From positions 6,454-70,453 of the forward strand of contig JAHIWI010000115.1 in assembly GCA_018816185.1 (NCBI GenBank): a stretch of DNA of 64,000 nucleotides, given 5' to 3'. This document shows positions 60,717-64,000 of the stretch, one piece after another. Position 1 is the stretch's first letter. Every line of letters starts with the position of its first letter. The notes under the pieces are model-generated. The model was not told the DNA's origin. It searched no databases and worked only from the letters and a program-made list of their open reading frames with translations. The position numbers and the translations under genes are program-made. The stretch is from Bacillota bacterium (lineage in GTDB: Bacteria > Bacillota > Bacilli > Bacillales_A > Planococcaceae).

Positions 60717-62072
60717 TTATCCAATAATTACTCGCTCTTTAGGATAATGATAGTTTGGTTGTTTATGTCTTTGAGATAATAAGAATACAAATGATAAAAT
60801 TCCAATCCTACCAATAAACATAAGTGAGATAATGACTAATTTACCTATGGAACTTAAATCAGCCGTGATCCCCATTGATAAACCTGTCGTTCCAAATGCA
60901 GAGCATACTTCAAACAATATTTCGATTAAAGTAAAGTGTTCAGTAGCAGTCAGAATTACAGTTGCAACAAAGCATATAAATATGGCAAGTATACTTACGA
61001 CGAAAGACTTTCTAATATCCTCTTCGTGTAATTCACGATTGAATACTTTTATGTCCTTATATCCTCTGGCGAATGTATAGATAAATAATAAGTTTACAGC
61101 AAACGTTGTGGTTCTAATACCTCCACCAACCGAACTTGGTGAAGCACCAATAAACATTAAAAAACACAGAAACAACAAAGTAGAGTCGTTAAATTGGCTA
61201 ACATCCATCGTTGCCAAACCACCGTTCCTGGTTGTAGTGGATTGAAAAAACGCATAGAAGAAAGATTCGTGCCAACTTTTTCCTTCCAAAAAATTATTAG
61301 CTTCAAATACCAAAATAACAATCGTTCCAAAAGCCATTAATGAAAAGAAAGTGAGAGTTGTTAGCTTTGTATACAACGAAAAATGGACACCTTGTTTTAT
61401 ATTTCTATTTAAAATAAATTCTTTAACTTCAATTAACACAGGGAATCCAATTGCTCCTAATGTCAACAACATAATCGTTATGAACTGAACAAAGTAATCA
61501 TTTGCAAATGGAACAAGTGAGTTTCCTGTAATGTCAAAACCTGCATTCGTTGTGGCACTAACCGAAGCGAATAACCCTTGGAAAAAAGCTTCTTGCCAAG
61601 TTGGAAAATAGTTTAAATAGTAGGTTCCTAAAATAATTGCACCTAATAACTCAATGAGCAGGATAATAATTAATATGTGCTGCATAAGTTTAACTAAACC
61701 TGAGAATTGAGACTGATTTTGGTCAGTCATTATTAATTGACGTTCTCTTAATCCAATTCTCTTACCAATTATTACCCATATAAATGTTCCGAGAGTCATG
61801 ATACCAATGCCACCAAATTGGAGAATAAATAGTAAAAAGAAAATTCCAGTTGTGCTAAATGTTTCAGGCGTTGATACACCCCCTAGTCCTGTAACGCTTA
61901 CGGCACTTACAACCGTGAATAACAAATCTAGAAAACTCCAACTCACCCCAGGTTTTAATGCGATAGGTAAACTGAGTAAAAAAATAGAAACTAAAACGGC
62001 TATTAAGTAAAAAATGACAATCATTTTAGCGGGTTGTAAATTAATCATTCTCTTAATTAAACTTGATAACAT
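60717..62072 (-). CDS. Ktr/TrkH-family K+ uptake membrane subunit (KtrB/KtrD-like)
   Basis: SAVSVTGL, SATTNAGF, TTRNGG, SAFGTTGLS, MFIGRIG, YPKERVIIG. Confidence 0.92.
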   Translation of the reverse strand: MLSSLIKRMINLQPAKMIVIFYLIAVLVSIFLLSLPIALKPGVSWSFLDLLFTVVSAVSVTGLGGVSTPETFSTTGIFFLLFILQFGGIGIMTLGTFIWVIIGKRIGLRERQLIMTDQNQSQFSGLVKLMQHILIIILLIELLGAIILGTYYLNYFPTWQEAFFQGLFASVSATTNAGFDITGNSLVPFANDYFVQFITIMLLTLGAIGFPVLIEVKEFILNRNIKQGVHFSLYTKLTTLTFFSLMAFGTIVILVFEANNFLEGKSWHESFFYAFFQSTTTRNGGLATMDVSQFNDSTLLFLCFLMFIGASPSSVGGGIRTTTFAVNLLFIYTFARGYKDIKVFNRELHEEDIRKSFVVSILAIFICFVATVILTATEHFTLIEILFEVCSAFGTTGLSMGITADLSSIGKLVIISLMFIGRIGILSFVFLLSQRHKQPNYHYPKERVIIG

Positions 62073-62312
62073 TTTATCCTCCTTTAATAATCTCTAGCAC
62101 TATATTATAGTGCTAATGATTTTGCTCAAAAATTTTTGAATATCTATAGATATTAATAATAGAGCATTCCATGGTTGCAATCCAATCGAAATTAACTTTA
62201 AAAGAATATTGTTGGAAGTACAGCATTCATACAGTATCTTTTTATTAAATTCAATAAACAAAAGCGTTAATCCTTTATGGATCAACGCTTTGTCTATTAA
62301 TTATTAGGTTAG

Positions 62313-63098
62313 CTACATATTTTTACTTTGTTGAAGAAGTTTAGATTCTCCAGTACGTTCCCATTCTTCTACGGTCTCGTAGGCTTTTTGAGGCGAATAC
62401 CCTTTACCTACAAGAACCCCCATTAGAATAAATTCTTGAAGAATGTGTGTAGCGTTTATGCCTCTTTTCACATCTTCTAATCCTTCATCCACTAGATATT
62501 CTGTATATCGTACCCATTCATCAGGAGTTCTTCCAGAAATATTGGTATTTCCATTGCCATGACTATGTTCTAATTTTGAGGCTTGAGCTTCTGCTTTCGT
62601 TTCATGAACAGTACCAAATGGGTGATTTGGAGGAGCATAAATCGAGTAAAGTTTTAATGGTTCTGTACCTGTATTGGTTAAGTTGTGCCATGTGCCAGCA
62701 GGTATTACGATTGCAGAATCATCATAGACATTTCTTTGGAAATTCAAGTGATCCTTATGCTTGCCCATTTGTACAATTCCCTGACCTTGTTCAATACGAA
62801 GGAACTGATCTACATCGGGATGCATCTCTAAACCGATATCTTCCCCAACGTTTAAACTCATTAACGTAACTTGTAAATGCTCTCCGGTCCATAAAGCCGT
62901 TCGATACGTATCATTTTGCTTCGTTGCTTCATTGATATTCACAACAAATGGTTTTGGTCCATAATCTTTTAACAAAACACTATTATCATTGGTCGGCATT
63001 CCTTGAGGGAAAGTCGGGTAATGAGACTGCCTTCCACAGGTACACATGGGTACAGGTGCGTAATGAGGATATGGATACATATGAGGAACATAGTACAT
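62313..63098 (-). CDS. cupin-domain protein, probably sporulation-associated
   Basis: YRTALWTGEHLQVTLM, EMHPDVDQF, GTWHN, YSIYAPPNH; sigmaK-like AC-17-CATACGTTA upstream (63128-63155). Confidence 0.8.
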   Translation of the reverse strand: MYYVPHMYPYPHYAPVPMCTCGRQSHYPTFPQGMPTNDNSVLLKDYGPKPFVVNINEATKQNDTYRTALWTGEHLQVTLMSLNVGEDIGLEMHPDVDQFLRIEQGQGIVQMGKHKDHLNFQRNVYDDSAIVIPAGTWHNLTNTGTEPLKLYSIYAPPNHPFGTVHETKAEAQASKLEHSHGNGNTNISGRTPDEWVRYTEYLVDEGLEDVKRGINATHILQEFILMGVLVGKGYSPQKAYETVEEWERTGESKLLQQSKNM

Positions 63099-63194
63099 TT
63101 TCTCAATCCTTTCACAGTTTATACAAGTAACGTATGCAACTGAGGAATGGGATGTACTTCACATCCTTCACATATTCTGTAGTGATTCTTGGAT

Positions 63195-63292
63195 AATAAA
63201 GCGTTTGGTGGGTATAAAATGGCGTTTTAGTCAATAATTTGGCGCAACAATCCATTAATTCTTTGGCGAAAGCCAGTGATTTATTGGAGATA
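63195..63292. repeat. degenerate copy of the 21-bp TGGCG array
   Basis: AAGCG 63199, TGGCG 63220, 63240, 63264, TGGAG 63285, each preceded by an AT-rich run. Confidence 0.65.
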
Positions 63293-63370
63293 GACCAAAT
63301 TAAGCTTCTGCAGACGCAGAAGCTTCCTTCACATAGTTAGGGTTTTAACACAATGCGACCAAACAACACA

Positions 63371-63784
63371 CTAATTGTTTAGATAACTACACAGTTCAAT
63401 TAAAGTGCCATCTGTTGAAACGGAATTTAAATAAATGAGTCTTCTTCCCCGAATATTTGTACGGAGCGTGTCTTCTAGAAATCGAACTCCATCTTTACGC
63501 GCCTCCAGGATCGCTTTATCCAAATCGTCAACTCGATAAGCGATGTGGTGTACCCCTTTTCCTCGCTGCTTTAGAAATCGAGCTATTGGTGAGTTCTTGT
63601 TAGTTGGAGCTAATAATTCAATTATTTTATCATTCGTTTTAACAACAGCAACATGTACTTCAACACCAGGTGTATCACTTGTATAGCGATCCTCTAGTAC
63701 ACCATTTAGTACATTCAAATAAAAGGGAAGAGCGTCATCAATATTTCGAACAGCAATTCCTACGTGATCGAGAACATATTCCAT
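63371..63784 (-). CDS. VOC-family protein, methylmalonyl-CoA epimerase-like
   Basis: LDHVGIAV, IELLAP, GKGVHHIAY, LIEL; RBS GGAGG. Confidence 0.85.
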   Translation of the reverse strand: MEYVLDHVGIAVRNIDDALPFYLNVLNGVLEDRYTSDTPGVEVHVAVVKTNDKIIELLAPTNKNSPIARFLKQRGKGVHHIAYRVDDLDKAILEARKDGVRFLEDTLRTNIRGRRLIYLNSVSTDGTLIELCSYLNN

Positions 63785-63877
63785 TACATTGCCTCCGTTC
63801 TGTATTTAAATCCTACATGAATCTTTCTTTGATGTTACACGTATAGATAGATAAAATGACCGATTGGAGCTAATAAC

Positions 63878-63958
63878 ATGGATCTTATTTTATGGATTAC
63901 AGTTTTATCTGGCACTTTTATCGCTATTTACGCAGCTAAAAAAAGAAAAAGCAAATAA
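63878..63958 (+). CDS. 26-aa single-TM small protein
   Basis: GGAG RBS; MDLILWITVLSGTFIAIYAAKKRKSK. Confidence 0.5.
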   Translation: MDLILWITVLSGTFIAIYAAKKRKSK

Positions 63959-64000
63959 TGAATCAACTTGATGTGGCACTTATTTAAGAAAATAGACTCC

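Overview
Chromosomal window from a low-GC, spore-forming Bacillaceae/Planococcaceae-type Firmicute. I saw no rRNA, tRNA, CRISPR array, intact transposase or prophage. Recognisable housekeeping and accessory loci: ABC exporters, NCS2 permease, gltAB, mhqR-mhqO-mhqD, a GerA-family receptor operon, a Fur-controlled iron-hydroxamate ABC system with a divergent YcgT-like reductase, gntRKP, alkaline phosphatase with a Pho box, and a Ktr K+ channel subunit. The best candidate for an undescribed system is 19836-24443. A sigmaA promoter overlapped by a near-perfect Fur box precedes an acyl carrier protein, a non-DltA adenylating enzyme, an intra-operon structured RNA, an MBOAT ending in a tyrosine acyl-shuttle motif (FIYGGF) and a membrane-anchored SGNH transferase. 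This looks like an apparently iron-repressed, Dlt-like envelope acylation machine of unknown substrate. Other notable items: (1) a sensor kinase/NarL regulator module with twin subtilases (one SLH-anchored, one free) sharing a promoter motif; (2) non-coding 21-bp-period TGGCG arrays at two loci; (3) a copper island with a membrane-cupredoxin fusion and its own two-component box; (4) a homospermidine-synthase-like gene beside the germinant receptor; (5) an orphan PhoP/WalR-type promoter. All calls come from reading motifs by eye; no database searches were run.
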